Shown piece after piece: positions 11,121 through 22,214 of a DNA stretch of 64,000 bases. The notes beneath the pieces are model-generated. The model worked only from the letters and a program-made list of their open reading frames with translations. It searched no databases and was not told the DNA's origin. Position 1 is the stretch's first letter. Every line of letters starts with the position of its first letter. Source of the stretch: Candidatus Bathyarchaeota archaeon (GTDB lineage Archaea; Thermoproteota; Bathyarchaeia; Bathyarchaeales; Bathycorpusculaceae); contig OY970340.1 in assembly GCA_963717465.1 (NCBI GenBank), positions 2,528,001 to 2,592,000 of the forward strand. The letters run 5' to 3'. Position numbers and translations under genes: made by a program.

Positions 11121-11864
11121 TTAAACTTCTTTCCATCGTGTTTTCTTTACAGCGACAAACAATATAATCACGGTTATGCTTGTTAGGATTATCCAATTGG
11201 CTAATAGTAGACTGGTCGGAATTGTTAGGTAGCCTGTCGTTGCTTGGATAATCTGCGCTGCATAGGTAGTTGGCGACAGATAAGCAAAGTACTGGAACAT
11301 TTGTGGAATGTAAGTTATCGGGTAATATACGGGTGGCAGCGTTGTAAAGAGCAGGGAAAGCAATCGTGTGAATGCGTAGCTTTGAACTACGTCGCTTGAG
11401 ATTGTCGACAGCATGAAGCCTAAGGCTGAGGCCATAGTAAACATTAGCAAAAGTACAATAAGAATTACGGCTGTTTGAATAAGGGTCGGTCGCACATAGA
11501 TAGCGGTGAGTGCAAAAAGTATTGCTAAGCTGGGAATGGAGTATACGATTTCAGCAAGTGCCATGCCGCCCATGTACAGTCGTGAACTTGTGGGTGAACT
11601 GACCACCATGTCTTGAAGTTTGAAGTCGTTTTTTAAGTGTGAGAGGTCTGATGATAGAGCTATTCCGCTTGAGAAGAAATTCATTATCAAGCCGCCTTCA
11701 ATAGCTGTTCCAAGCAAGGCACCTCTGCTTACAAAGGTAACTACAGCCAAAAGAGATAGGGGAGAAATAACGGTGCTAATCAAGACGACAGGATAATTTT
11801 TCATTTCGTAAATCGCGTTAACTAGGATGCCTGCTAAGATTTGGCTGAGTTTGCTGCGTTTCAA
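11121..11864 (-). CDS. ABC-2 type transporter permease
   Basis: About 6 TM, PPVYYP...LSPTTY; overlaps the ATPase gene. Confidence 0.85.
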   Translation of the reverse strand: MKRSKLSQILAGILVNAIYEMKNYPVVLISTVISPLSLLAVVTFVSRGALLGTAIEGGLIMNFFSSGIALSSDLSHLKNDFKLQDMVVSSPTSSRLYMGGMALAEIVYSIPSLAILFALTAIYVRPTLIQTAVILIVLLLMFTMASALGFMLSTISSDVVQSYAFTRLLSLLFTTLPPVYYPITYIPQMFQYFAYLSPTTYAAQIIQATTGYLTIPTSLLLANWIILTSITVIILFVAVKKTRWKEV

Positions 11865-12769
11865 CTGTATTCGTCCCTTGCTTTTTGTCCTACAAGATAG
11901 AAAAAAATGTCGTCAAGTGTAATCGGGTTGATGGAAAATCGTGTTCCCTCCTCCGAGAACAATTTAGCCAAACGCAATGCTTCGTCTTCATTCGTCATAA
12001 TTTGCGCATTTCCGTGTGCATCCTTGGTTACATCTCCGTTTTTTAATGTTGGAATAGGCGCCCCTGGTGGCAGTTTTATGCTGTATTGATGTTTTGAGCT
12101 TTTTCTAAGGTCCGATAATGCACCAATAGAGACTAGTCGGCCGTCTTTGAGAATCCCTATCGCATCTGCTAGTTCTTCTGCTTCCTCTAAATAATGTGTC
12201 GTTAGAAAGATGAACCGTTCTTTGCCAAGTGCCCTGAGAATGTCCCATAACTCTCGTCTTGAAATCGGATCCAAACCAGTTGTTGGCTCGTCAAGAAAAA
12301 TGATATCTGCTTCAGATGCCATGACGGTTGCGATCAACACTTTTCTCTTAGTGCCACCTGAAAGACGACCTGTTAAAACGTTAGCGTATTCCTGCAAGCC
12401 AAGCTTTGCAAGCGACTCATCCGCAAGCCTTTTCGAGTCACTATAACTGTAGCCTCGCCAAAGAAGGTAAGAAAGCACAGTTTGCTTAGCCGTCATCCAT
12501 CTTATAGCTCTAGCTTCCTGGGGGACGATTGCGATTTTCTCACGCAACTTGCCTTCCTGCTTGAGCACGTCGATACCGTTGATGCTTGCGGTTCCAGCCG
12601 TTGGCTGAAGCTCAGTTGCCAAAATTCGAATAAGAGTCGTTTTTCCAGCGCCATTTCTACCGATTAAACCAAAAATGCCGCGGGTCTCCACTGAAAAACT
12701 GATGTTTTCTAAAGCTTTACTGCGACCTTCGTAAACCTTAGTTAATCCATTACATTCAAGCGTCCCCAT
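11861..12769 (-). CDS. ABC transporter ATP-binding protein
   Basis: GRNGAGKT, LSGG, FLDEPTTGLDP. Confidence 0.95.
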   Translation of the reverse strand: MGTLECNGLTKVYEGRSKALENISFSVETRGIFGLIGRNGAGKTTLIRILATELQPTAGTASINGIDVLKQEGKLREKIAIVPQEARAIRWMTAKQTVLSYLLWRGYSYSDSKRLADESLAKLGLQEYANVLTGRLSGGTKRKVLIATVMASEADIIFLDEPTTGLDPISRRELWDILRALGKERFIFLTTHYLEEAEELADAIGILKDGRLVSIGALSDLRKSSKHQYSIKLPPGAPIPTLKNGDVTKDAHGNAQIMTNEDEALRLAKLFSEEGTRFSINPITLDDIFFYLVGQKARDEYS

Positions 12770-12984
12770 GAAAGCTCACAAACTCCTGAAGATTAACGCA
12801 ATTTTATACCTTATTGCTTTGAGTGACGTAAAAAATGTATAATAAAAAATTTGCGATAAAAAATGCCGAGTTAACGAGCTTGATTTGTGGACTTGAATTA
12901 AGCCAAAAAATCGCAAAGACGGGCTCTCTTGATTTTGCAAAGACTTAAATCTTACGATTCCCTTCTAAGCAAGGGTTAATTAGC

Positions 12985-13827
12985 ATGAAAATCGCTAGCA
13001 AGGTATCTAAACTTCTTATTGCTTCATTAATGCTTTTGGCAGCTATAGGTTCAACAATTGCTTTGCCTAATGCATTAGCTGCGCCGACGATGAGCAGGGC
13101 AGATTCAACCATTAAGGCCACATCAAGCACTAACTGGAGCGGTTACGCGGTAACAGGAGCCACAGGTTCAGTAACTTCTGCAAACGGCTCATGGACAATA
13201 CCAACCATGACGGCAGGCGCAAGCAGCAGCACCACATATTATTCTGCTTTCTGGGTAGGTATTGACGGCTACAGTTCCAGCACAGTTGAACAAGTAGGCA
13301 CACTATCCATAACCCAAGGAAAAACCGTAACAATGTACGCTTGGTTCGAATTTTACCCAAACCCGATGTACGAAATTAACGGGTTCACGATAAAAGCTGG
13401 AGACAACATGTATGCAAGCGTGAACTATTTAGGAGCTTCAACTTCAAAGTTCAATCACAAGGCAACAGGTAGCATATTCAGCGTCACCATAACTGATGAG
13501 ACAACAGGACAAACTTATACTACTCAAACAACAGTCAACAGTGCTGCACGCTCTTCTGCAGAATGGATAGCAGAGGCACCCTCATCTAACCGAGGAATTC
13601 TACCCTTGGCAAACTTCGGCACAGTCAAGTATGGCGCAGACAACACTCAAGTCGTAGGAACATGCTATGCAACAATAAATGGAGTCAACCAACCACTAGG
13701 GTCTTTCAGTTCAGCAACGCCGATAACAATGGTCACCAGTAGTGGCGCCATTAAAGCTGCACCTTCATTAGCGCTATCATCAGATGGCACAAGCTTTTCA
13801 GTAACGTGGGAAAATGCTGGTCCGTAA
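12985..13827 (+). CDS. Secreted G1-family glutamic endopeptidase (eqolisin-like)
   Basis: Signal peptide; NWSGY, WVGIDG, VEQVGT (catalytic Gln), AWFEFYP, SAEWIAEAP (catalytic Glu). Confidence 0.9.
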   Translation: MKIASKVSKLLIASLMLLAAIGSTIALPNALAAPTMSRADSTIKATSSTNWSGYAVTGATGSVTSANGSWTIPTMTAGASSSTTYYSAFWVGIDGYSSSTVEQVGTLSITQGKTVTMYAWFEFYPNPMYEINGFTIKAGDNMYASVNYLGASTSKFNHKATGSIFSVTITDETTGQTYTTQTTVNSAARSSAEWIAEAPSSNRGILPLANFGTVKYGADNTQVVGTCYATINGVNQPLGSFSSATPITMVTSSGAIKAAPSLALSSDGTSFSVTWENAGP

Positions 13828-14050
13828 GCCAGAGCATCAATAATGATATTCACCTTTTTCTTTTTTTACGATAATTTTTAGTCTGGTATCGTTTCAATCA
13901 AATTCTAAAACAGCTAAATTGAATTCTACAATTTAATGATTGACAATTGATCTAACCCTACGACTGGTTGCATGCATAGAAAGAGATTGGTTGGGGGGAT
14001 AGAAAGCTATTAAAGAAGGAAAAATCTTTTTTATTTAATAGAGGCTTTTT

Positions 14051-15226
14051 TTGAAGAAAATAATGTTTTTAGTGTGTACTTTGTTTTTTGCAAGTTTGCT
14101 TTTAAGTTCAAGTTTTTTATGCATTAACGTTTTTGCGTCTAATAGTAATACCACGGGCACCTATGTACAAGGGACACTTTGGGATAACACAACTTGGACT
14201 GCGAAAAACAGTCCTTACATAGTATCGAACACTGTTGAAATTCCCTCGAATGCTACTTTAACTATTGAAGCAGGGGTAACAGTGACATCAGGTATGTCAG
14301 GCTCAGCTCCATTATTTTTAGTCAATGGTACTGTGATAGCAGATGGAACAGTGGATAATGAAATTGTCTTCGATGGCAGAGGAAACGCAAACTTTTTCCA
14401 GCAAAACAGTGACTCGGCCTTCATAAACTTAAGTTACTGCACAATCAGGAACGGAGATAGTTTTTTATATCAGGGGCATGGAAGCTTCAGTTTATCAAAT
14501 TCTTTACTTGATACCTTGTGTTATCAATCAATCATTAGATCTCAGCAAGACATTTACATGGTAAACAATACATTTGTCAGCACAGCGGGTTTCTACGTTG
14601 AAACATCCACCAACATTTACATGGACAACAATTTAGTTACGAGAAATGCGGGTCCGTTAATTACTATGGGTGACGGCTCAGCGATATTGCGCAATAATTC
14701 ATTTGTTAACATAAATGGGTATCTTCTAAAATTATCGCCTGAAAGCAATTATGCTAATCCGACTATCGATGCAGCAAGTAATTATTGGGGAACTACTAAC
14801 ACCACTCTTATCGATTCAATGCTTTACGATGAGCATAATGATCCAAGTTGCAATGGGCTAATAACGTACCTGCCTATTCTGCAAGTAACTGACTCTAGCA
14901 CTCCACCTGACACTTATAATTTAACGATTTACACTATCGGCGACGGAACTGTTGTTCCAGACAATTCTACCTATTTTGCTTATTCAACAGTTAATTTGAG
15001 TGCGCACAGTGCCCAAGGGTGGAGTTTTAATGGTTGGAGCGGTGATGCCTCAGGCAATGGAAACACAACTTTGATAATGGATAGCAACAAGAACGTTACA
15101 GCCACGTTCACTGAAGCTGCAACGTCTACAAATTTGAGCAGCTACGCAGCAATAGTCGCCGTATTTGTAATCGCCATAGCGGTGATACCGCTGGTTCTCT
15201 GGTGGACAAAGAACAAAACCAAATAA
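14051..15226 (+). CDS. Membrane-anchored surface glycoprotein (beta-helix-like region, InlB-B-like repeat, C-terminal TM)
   Basis: NTTWT..NSPYIV...LTIEAGV, DA..NYWG, GWSFNGWSGD...NVTATF, TM followed by Lys tail. Confidence 0.75.
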   Translation: MKKIMFLVCTLFFASLLLSSSFLCINVFASNSNTTGTYVQGTLWDNTTWTAKNSPYIVSNTVEIPSNATLTIEAGVTVTSGMSGSAPLFLVNGTVIADGTVDNEIVFDGRGNANFFQQNSDSAFINLSYCTIRNGDSFLYQGHGSFSLSNSLLDTLCYQSIIRSQQDIYMVNNTFVSTAGFYVETSTNIYMDNNLVTRNAGPLITMGDGSAILRNNSFVNINGYLLKLSPESNYANPTIDAASNYWGTTNTTLIDSMLYDEHNDPSCNGLITYLPILQVTDSSTPPDTYNLTIYTIGDGTVVPDNSTYFAYSTVNLSAHSAQGWSFNGWSGDASGNGNTTLIMDSNKNVTATFTEAATSTNLSSYAAIVAVFVIAIAVIPLVLWWTKNKTK

Positions 15227-15373
15227 CAAACCAAACAATGCTGACTTACAATATGCTAAACAACTCAGCTCTTGTTACATTCGCAAGTTACAGTGCCGAT
15301 AGGAAACGAACAAAGCTATAAGCAGCCTACTTTTTCTCTATTAATCCCAAATACTTGTGAGGCGTTTAGCGTC

Positions 15374-15851
15374 ATGCAGTTTGAACCAGTTGCACCCGAT
15401 TTAAAATTCCTGTTTCGAGTCACCGTTAACCTTGGAGAGGCAAGTTATATCAGTAAATTACCTTTCGGCGAACGCCGGGTCATTCCTCTCGCAGGAGGCA
15501 CATTAAAAAGGAGAAAGACTTTCTGGAGAGGTTCTTCTAGGTACTGATTGGCAAGTTATAAAACCTGACGGCTCCACCCTCATGCATGCCAAGTATACCT
15601 TGCGCACTAACGATAACGCTCTAATCTATATAGAAAACAAGGGGATACGCTGGAGCAGACCAGGCAAGCCAGATGTACTGGCACAACTAGCTCAGGGCAA
15701 GACGGTAGATCCAGCCGATTATTATTTCCGCACTACGCCACAGTTTGAAACTGGAGCGCAAAAATATTTATGGCTAAATAATATCATTGCGGTCTGCTCG
15801 GGAATGAGATTAGCTGACAAAGCGATTATTGATTTCTATGAAGTATTGTAG
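15374..15851 (+). pseudogene. DUF3237 family protein, frameshifted near 15505
   Basis: PFGERRVIPLAGG followed in another frame by DWQ...AKYTLRTNDNALIYIENKG...YYFRTTPQFETG; break at an A-run. Confidence 0.8.
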
Positions 15852-15995
15852 AATCAAAAATCATTAACTTGAAGGAAACAAAAGGATTTATTCAGTCAAA
15901 TCGCCAAGGCGAAATGCAGTTAATGGTTGCAATTTTACCCTTTATGATTTTATCGTGTGAGGATTGTGAGCAAGCTAATTCTTTGTTTCGGTTAT

Positions 15996-16889
15996 TCACT
16001 TTTGTTCTAGGTTCAGCTTTAGAAAGTCAATCATCATTTGCCATGCTTCAACAGCATCTGGCTTGCTGCTTAGGGTGAAGCCATGACGCGAGCCTTCAAA
16101 GCGTTTATGGGTTACAGTTACGCCTGCTTGTAGTAATTTGTCTCTGAAATCCTCATCTTCTTTGCAAAGTGAATCCTGACTTGCTGATATAATCAAAGTG
16201 GGAGGAAATGATTTTACTTGATCAACTGTAGCAAAGGCAGGTGACACCAGCGGGTTTTTCCTATCCTCTTTGTTGTTGCAGTAGGCTGCGTTGTATATTC
16301 GGCATTGTCCTGCAGGAAGTGAACCTTTTGGCTGCGGCTTAAGATAGGGGTCAGTGTAAATGTCCATCGGAGGGTAATCCAGTATCAGACATTTTATGTC
16401 CAACTCTTTGGTTTCATCCTTGAGGCATATTGCTGCACTGAGGTTGCCTCCGGCACTGTGACCGCCTACAGCGATTTTATTGGAGTCTATCCCAAGCTCT
16501 TTAGCGTGCTCCTTGGCGTACTTTACGACTCCATAGCATTCGTTTAAGGCTGTGGGAAATTCTGCTTCTGGTGAAAGACTGTAATCGATGCTCAGGATTT
16601 TCGCGTTTACTTTATCAGCGACATTCTTCATGTAGCGGTCATCCATATCCGCGTTTCCAAAAATAAATCCGCCCCCGTGAATATTGACGAAAAGGGGGAG
16701 GGTTTCAGGCCTTTGCATATTATAGGAAATTACACGAACCTTTCCAGCAATTGTATCCAAGAATTGTTCCTTGCCTGCCATACCCCTCGGATTCTTCCTC
16801 ATAACGAGAAGCCCTAACAACCTGAAGAAAATTAGTTTCCTTTTAAGCGATTTTCTTGAATATTCTTTTTCCTCTGGTATTTTACTCAT
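15996..16889 (-). CDS. Alpha/beta hydrolase, hormone-sensitive lipase (family IV esterase) type
   Basis: HGGGF, GHSAGG, D and HGF catalytic motifs. Confidence 0.92.
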   Translation of the reverse strand: MSKIPEEKEYSRKSLKRKLIFFRLLGLLVMRKNPRGMAGKEQFLDTIAGKVRVISYNMQRPETLPLFVNIHGGGFIFGNADMDDRYMKNVADKVNAKILSIDYSLSPEAEFPTALNECYGVVKYAKEHAKELGIDSNKIAVGGHSAGGNLSAAICLKDETKELDIKCLILDYPPMDIYTDPYLKPQPKGSLPAGQCRIYNAAYCNNKEDRKNPLVSPAFATVDQVKSFPPTLIISASQDSLCKEDEDFRDKLLQAGVTVTHKRFEGSRHGFTLSSKPDAVEAWQMMIDFLKLNLEQK

Positions 16890-17082
16890 AAGAACTATAT
16901 CAGTAGTTTTTTTGCATAAAAGCTTTTCAAGGATAAACCTCTAATAGGTATAATCTTCCATTAATGTTCCATCCTAAGTATCAATTTCTTTTGGCGCTTA
17001 TACCAAAGTTAGAAAGACTTTAGAAAATTTACGCGCCATTGTGATCAGACTTAAACGCATCATTAGGAATAGCAACGTGTGC

Positions 17083-18366
17083 TCAAAAACTGACGAAATT
17101 GAATTTTATTATGCATATGACTCCCCAAAGATTGACAAGTAAACTTAGTATTATGATGGCTTTTTCTTGCCAGCGAAGGTTTTCACTCATGCCTTTGGCA
17201 GTTAGTAGAATAAGGAATGGTGTAAAATCAAGGCTGAAGCGGTAACCAAACTGGGTGTATCCCACTTCGCCGTGTGTGATAAGTGGTGGCAGGATGCACA
17301 GGACAGCGATGGCCGCGTATTTGCTGAGTTTATTCCATTTGCCCACGAAAATGTAAAGGAACGCGGGAGTTGTGAAAAACAGTCCAAGTCCCATCCAGTC
17401 GGGTTTGAAATAGGGGAACGAGTTGAGCAAAATTGGCCCTTGAAATAGAATCGCGTAGAGGTTTTTGGGAATATAAGCGAAACTTAATAATCCATAAGGG
17501 TAGTTTGGGTCGCCCTTAATTATTAAGGTGTATCCGATGTCAAAAATTGTGTTGTAACGCGCAAAGTTGTACACAAGGTCCAAGATAACTGGAATGGCTA
17601 AACCCAACACGAATAAAGCCATCGGCTTGAGTCTTGACTTCCACGAATCATTTTGGTCATAAGTTAGAAACAGAAAAAAAGGAAAAGCTAAGGCTGTAGT
17701 AAGTCTTGCTAGGTAAGCGCATCCGAGAGATAACCCAACTAAAAAATTATTTTTTTTGTACAATGATAAAACTATAGCAATTGTCAGGAAGAGAACTGCT
17801 GATACCTGGGCAATGTACCATGATGAACCAACAGCGGCAGTGTACCAAAAGCAAGTCCCGAAACCGAAAAGGGCAGCAAGCCACAAAGCCTTGCTACCTT
17901 TCACTCCTGTCTTTCTAAGCATAAGCCACGTTAGCGAGACGCAAATGCTGGCAAGGATTATCGAAATCAGGCTTTCATCAACGGATGTGCCTAAGGCAGC
18001 GACAAAAGGCATGAGGATAATCGCTGGCATAGGTGGGTATACGACGTAATAGTTGCCATGCAGGGACACGAGTTCTTCAAGCGCTGTTCCTGCTCCTGTG
18101 AGATTTAGCCTGCCGTGAAGGAATGAGTAAGCCAAGTAAACGTAATGGTCTTGACCTGGCGGAGGACCCTTGCTTAAGTAGAAAACTAGAAAAGATATCA
18201 ACGCAATAAGGATGAATTTTGTTATTGTGCTTAAGGATGCGATCTTATCGTATAATTGCTGAGCAGCCTGTTTGCCTAAGAATTCTTTTCTAAGGTGCAG
18301 GTTAATCTTATGCTTGTTGGATAATCGTGGATTCTTGTTTGAAGGACTCTTCCGCAATGTCGACAT
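17083..18366 (-). CDS. GT-C fold multi-TM glycosyltransferase-like protein
   Basis: LA.SFLHGRL, YYVVYPPMPA, QFGYRFSLD; about 11 TM. Confidence 0.65.
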   Translation of the reverse strand: MSTLRKSPSNKNPRLSNKHKINLHLRKEFLGKQAAQQLYDKIASLSTITKFILIALISFLVFYLSKGPPPGQDHYVYLAYSFLHGRLNLTGAGTALEELVSLHGNYYVVYPPMPAIILMPFVAALGTSVDESLISIILASICVSLTWLMLRKTGVKGSKALWLAALFGFGTCFWYTAAVGSSWYIAQVSAVLFLTIAIVLSLYKKNNFLVGLSLGCAYLARLTTALAFPFFLFLTYDQNDSWKSRLKPMALFVLGLAIPVILDLVYNFARYNTIFDIGYTLIIKGDPNYPYGLLSFAYIPKNLYAILFQGPILLNSFPYFKPDWMGLGLFFTTPAFLYIFVGKWNKLSKYAAIAVLCILPPLITHGEVGYTQFGYRFSLDFTPFLILLTAKGMSENLRWQEKAIIILSLLVNLWGVICIIKFNFVSF

Positions 18367-18482
18367 AAATGTCTCTTTCTCAATGCATGCCTGCTCTGCC
18401 TTAACTAGGTTTCGCGCATACGTGTCCTGCTTGCAATCTTCTTGATTTTTTGATTACACATTTGCTTCCGTATTAGTTTATG

Positions 18483-19484
18483 TCATATCCACTTTTTTAG
18501 TTTGAAAATCAATGCTAGAATTAATGCAAGTGTAATCATCATAGAAATTAGTATGTAGAAACCGTACGGATCGTTAACTTCTGGGATTCCTGAGCCAAAA
18601 TTTGTACCGTAAATTCCAGCGATCAGGGTAAGTGGTAAAAAAATGGCTGAGATTATCGTTAGAATTCGGATTATGTTATTAGTAGCTACCGTTTGAACGT
18701 TAACCAAGATATCTCTAATGTTGCCCATTTCATCTCGATGAGCGTCGACAATTTCCACCAACTGAACCGTTTTGTCGTATAGGTCTCCAAAACGCGATAG
18801 ATTAACGCTTTGCACCAGTGCAAATTCTCCCCTTGTTATCCTACTCATAATTTCGCGTAATGAACTCGAACTTTGCCTAAGTGTCACTAATCGCTCTCTT
18901 ACCTTTGATACCTTTAGAAGAAAAATGCTATTAGCTTGATTTGACCTGTTTCTAAAAAAACCCAAAGCTTCCGAAGTCAAGTCTTCAATGCTTTCAAATA
19001 GTAAGTCTGAAATTGGAAAATATTCACTTGTCACCAGATCCAAGAAAATATAGAGCATAATATCAGTCGAGGGTACCAGTGAAAGCGAAAAGTAACCATG
19101 GGCGGCTATTTTCTTAAAAACAGCACATGTCAGATCAGAATAACCCTTATGCACCGTTATTATCCATCTGGAACAAACAAGCATGGCAAGGCGTTCCATC
19201 TTCCCATCAGAAACGAAACTTGCTCGACGCGGATAGTAAAGAAGACAGAAAACTCGATCTTCATGCTCATCAATTCTTGAACGTATCCCTTCTTCAGTAA
19301 GCTCTTGAATGTTATGCTCATCAATTTCGAAATACTCTCTCAACTCTTTAATTTCAGCTTCACTCGAATCCTGAGCATCTACCCATAGAACCTCATTATT
19401 CTTAATTTCTAAAGGTAAGCTCTCTAAGTCTTCTGATTGCCATCGCCCTTCAGCATGCTCCTTAAGCAAAGTTATTGTTAGCAA
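18483..19484 (-). CDS. corA: CorA family Mg/Co transporter
   Basis: IFLPLTLIAGIYGTNF (GxN motif), PE loop, two C-terminal TMs, KKWI end. Confidence 0.9.
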   Translation of the reverse strand: MLTITLLKEHAEGRWQSEDLESLPLEIKNNEVLWVDAQDSSEAEIKELREYFEIDEHNIQELTEEGIRSRIDEHEDRVFCLLYYPRRASFVSDGKMERLAMLVCSRWIITVHKGYSDLTCAVFKKIAAHGYFSLSLVPSTDIMLYIFLDLVTSEYFPISDLLFESIEDLTSEALGFFRNRSNQANSIFLLKVSKVRERLVTLRQSSSSLREIMSRITRGEFALVQSVNLSRFGDLYDKTVQLVEIVDAHRDEMGNIRDILVNVQTVATNNIIRILTIISAIFLPLTLIAGIYGTNFGSGIPEVNDPYGFYILISMMITLALILALIFKLKKWI

Positions 19485-20016
19485 TTGAAACCCTATCCTA
19501 AGTTAATGAGAATCCCCTTTCTAAACTTAATCTCATATTGGTAGATGCTGATTTTGGTCACCAGCCAATTGTCAACGTTTATTGTACATTCATTATGGTG
19601 AGTAGTGCAAATGCAACTATTCTTCTCATACTCGCATTTGACATCATAAAACTTGTTATCTGTACCTACCTGATAATCAAAAAATAGCCTAGCACAGTAG
19701 CCAAAATTAATTACCCGTACTTTTTTCCTGAAAGAGCGATGCTTTTAACAATTTTTTAATAAACAAAAAAGAGACAAAAAAAAAGTTGCTTTAGGGAAAA
19801 AATTTTTTGAGGAACTAGCACAACTAGGAGTAAGAATGAAATCTGCAGGATTCGATTTTTATTTTTCAAATAAAGCTATTCCGTGCTCCTCCATAATTCA
19901 CTTCTTTCTAGAGCTTCGACTTGTTGTTCGACTTGTAGCCCACCATAAATTGTAGTTATGGAACATTTTTGAATTCAGCGATTTTTAAACAATGCATCAT
20001 GAAAGCCAGTTCATAG

Positions 20017-20988
20017 TTATACGTAAGCGGTCTTATCTACAGCAAAAACCCAAATGAACAGAAACGAAAGTTCAGGCGGCAAGCTCAGGGCAGCAAGACC
20101 CAGCAGCAATAATAAAAATCGTGAGATAAAGAAGGGTGAAGCGAAAAAGTAGGTTGTGTAAGCTTTTCTTGTTAAATTGTAAAAGTTTTGTTGGTCGTAT
20201 TCTAACTTATCTAAGCCGATAAGCAAGGCTTGTGCTCCAATCGAGCAAGAAGTGAAAAGCAAGAACAAATATGGATTAATGTTAAAGAAGTAAATGCTAA
20301 ACAACAACAAGGCGGAGCCTAGCGCCAAAGAAATATGTTTTAGGATTAACGCGTTTTTCACACCTAATCTAACGGCTAAAGTTTGGCAATTGTAAGCTAA
20401 GTCATCTTTGTAGTCAACGACTGTATGATAGATTTCAAAACTGCAAAAGCAAAAAAACATTCCTACAAGCAAGGTGATTGTCAGAAGAGTAAAACAGTTA
20501 AATTCTGTTAACAAAATTAAGGGTCCGCCAACCCAAAGAACAAACGACGCCACTAACGGCGCTAAATATGTTTCCTTAAATCTAACCCTAAGACCACTGT
20601 AAGCTAACCAAATTAATATGTAAACGTTTGACAGCAGTATTGCAGCTAACGATTTAAAAAGAAGCAGAAAAAGAACTAGAGATATTGCGCAGAAAACAGC
20701 TGTGAGGTAAGCTGCGAGGCTTTTTGGTAATTCCTTACTTGTGATCGTGTTTTTCCATTCTGGGTCTTTTGAAGAATCACATATTGTATTAAACATGAAG
20801 CCTCCAGCCATAGCCATTACGAATGGGGCTAGCAAAAGAAATGCTGATGGCGAACTTATCGAGCCTTGGCTGTATAAAATGCAGAAGAAGGGAAAAAAAT
20901 TAAAGAGGTAACTAAAATACGGAAAAATCCTTACGGATCTGCGCAGAACATCCACAAACTTTGTGATTCGACTTAATTTAAAAGACAT
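20017..20988 (-). CDS. UbiA prenyltransferase family protein
   Basis: NTICDSSKD and DYKDD...TLAVRLG motifs; multi-TM. Confidence 0.8.
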   Translation of the reverse strand: MSFKLSRITKFVDVLRRSVRIFPYFSYLFNFFPFFCILYSQGSISSPSAFLLLAPFVMAMAGGFMFNTICDSSKDPEWKNTITSKELPKSLAAYLTAVFCAISLVLFLLLFKSLAAILLSNVYILIWLAYSGLRVRFKETYLAPLVASFVLWVGGPLILLTEFNCFTLLTITLLVGMFFCFCSFEIYHTVVDYKDDLAYNCQTLAVRLGVKNALILKHISLALGSALLLFSIYFFNINPYLFLLFTSCSIGAQALLIGLDKLEYDQQNFYNLTRKAYTTYFFASPFFISRFLLLLLGLAALSLPPELSFLFIWVFAVDKTAYV

Positions 20989-21418
20989 GGAAAACCGACA
21001 AAAATTCTTAGAACAAAGAGACCAAATATAATATTACTTTTGGCGATATTTAGCCTTTATCTAATGTAATATCGTTTCATCCTTAAGCAAAGAGAACAGG
21101 TTTCAGCCATGATTAATGCTTGGAAGTTAAAACATAATATTTGATTATTCGCGTTGACTAGTTTTAATCCATTTTATGGAACATAGAATGTTTATCGTAG
21201 GCAGGATGTTGAACTGAATTTGACAAGTTTTCCATTATAGCTTATAATTGAGCAATAGCCATTTTTTCATAGGATGCTTAGTAGTTTCGTTTTTAAAGAG
21301 CTTATTACGTTCAAGTGCATTATAGCTAAGATGAGGACCTGTTCTTAAAATAAGAGATAGAAGAGGGAATTCACGCATCCTCTATGAGCTATGTGGTTGC
21401 TGCTCTGTAGCAAGTTGG

Positions 21419-22201
21419 TTACTTGCTGTCGTCGATTGTTCTCAGCATAAGTTCTTTACCCCAAGCCTTCATGTTCAGTTTAGTACGGGAGATGGTTCCC
21501 TCAGGTATTGATGTGACATCTGTTGGTGAACTATAGAAGGGTAATGCAGAGGGACCCCTATTTGCAAGGAGACCTAGCGCCTCGTTCATGTCATAAGGCA
21601 AAAGTGTTTTCTTTTCAGCCATTGGTTTAAAGACGACCGCTGGATTTGAAATAGCAGAAGAAGGCATTTCTTCCAGTTGACCCAATGTACCGTACTTCTT
21701 TTGAAGCTCTGTCAATGGTCCAAAGTCAAGAGCCCTTGTTGGGCATACCAAGACACAAGATGGAAACTTGCCCTCCATCAACCTATCAATGCACATATCA
21801 CACTTGTATGCCTTCGAATCTGAGGCTTCAGAATCAAAACTTATGGCACCGTAGGGGCAGGCTGACCAAGCTTCCTTAAGACACGGACTATTAGCCTTGT
21901 CAGGATCAATTAGCACTGCGCCGTAGCGTGGCTCTTTGATTAGAGCACCTTTAGCAGCTGATATACAGACTGGATTTAAACAGTGATAGCACGGCGCCCA
22001 GGCAATATGCAGCTTAACATTGGTAAAATTGCCTGTCTCCCACTGAAAGAGCCGAAGCAGCTTGACGTGTAGCGGCGTTCGCTTTGTTCCGATGCACGAA
22101 AGAACACAGTTAGCGCAGCCTATGCAACGACTCTGGTCAAAGAAGAAGCCATATTGAACACCTTGCTTTATCGGAGTTGCATTTGTTGATGACATTGTCA
22201 T
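21419..22201 (-). CDS. DmsB-like 4Fe-4S electron transfer subunit
   Basis: QYGFFFDQSRCIGC..C...C, CYHC..PVC, ACPYGA, KCDMC...PSCVLVCP.RAL.FG. Confidence 0.9.
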   Translation of the reverse strand: MTMSSTNATPIKQGVQYGFFFDQSRCIGCANCVLSCIGTKRTPLHVKLLRLFQWETGNFTNVKLHIAWAPCYHCLNPVCISAAKGALIKEPRYGAVLIDPDKANSPCLKEAWSACPYGAISFDSEASDSKAYKCDMCIDRLMEGKFPSCVLVCPTRALDFGPLTELQKKYGTLGQLEEMPSSAISNPAVVFKPMAEKKTLLPYDMNEALGLLANRGPSALPFYSSPTDVTSIPEGTISRTKLNMKAWGKELMLRTIDDSK

Positions 22202-22214
22202 TCCACCTCCTCTC

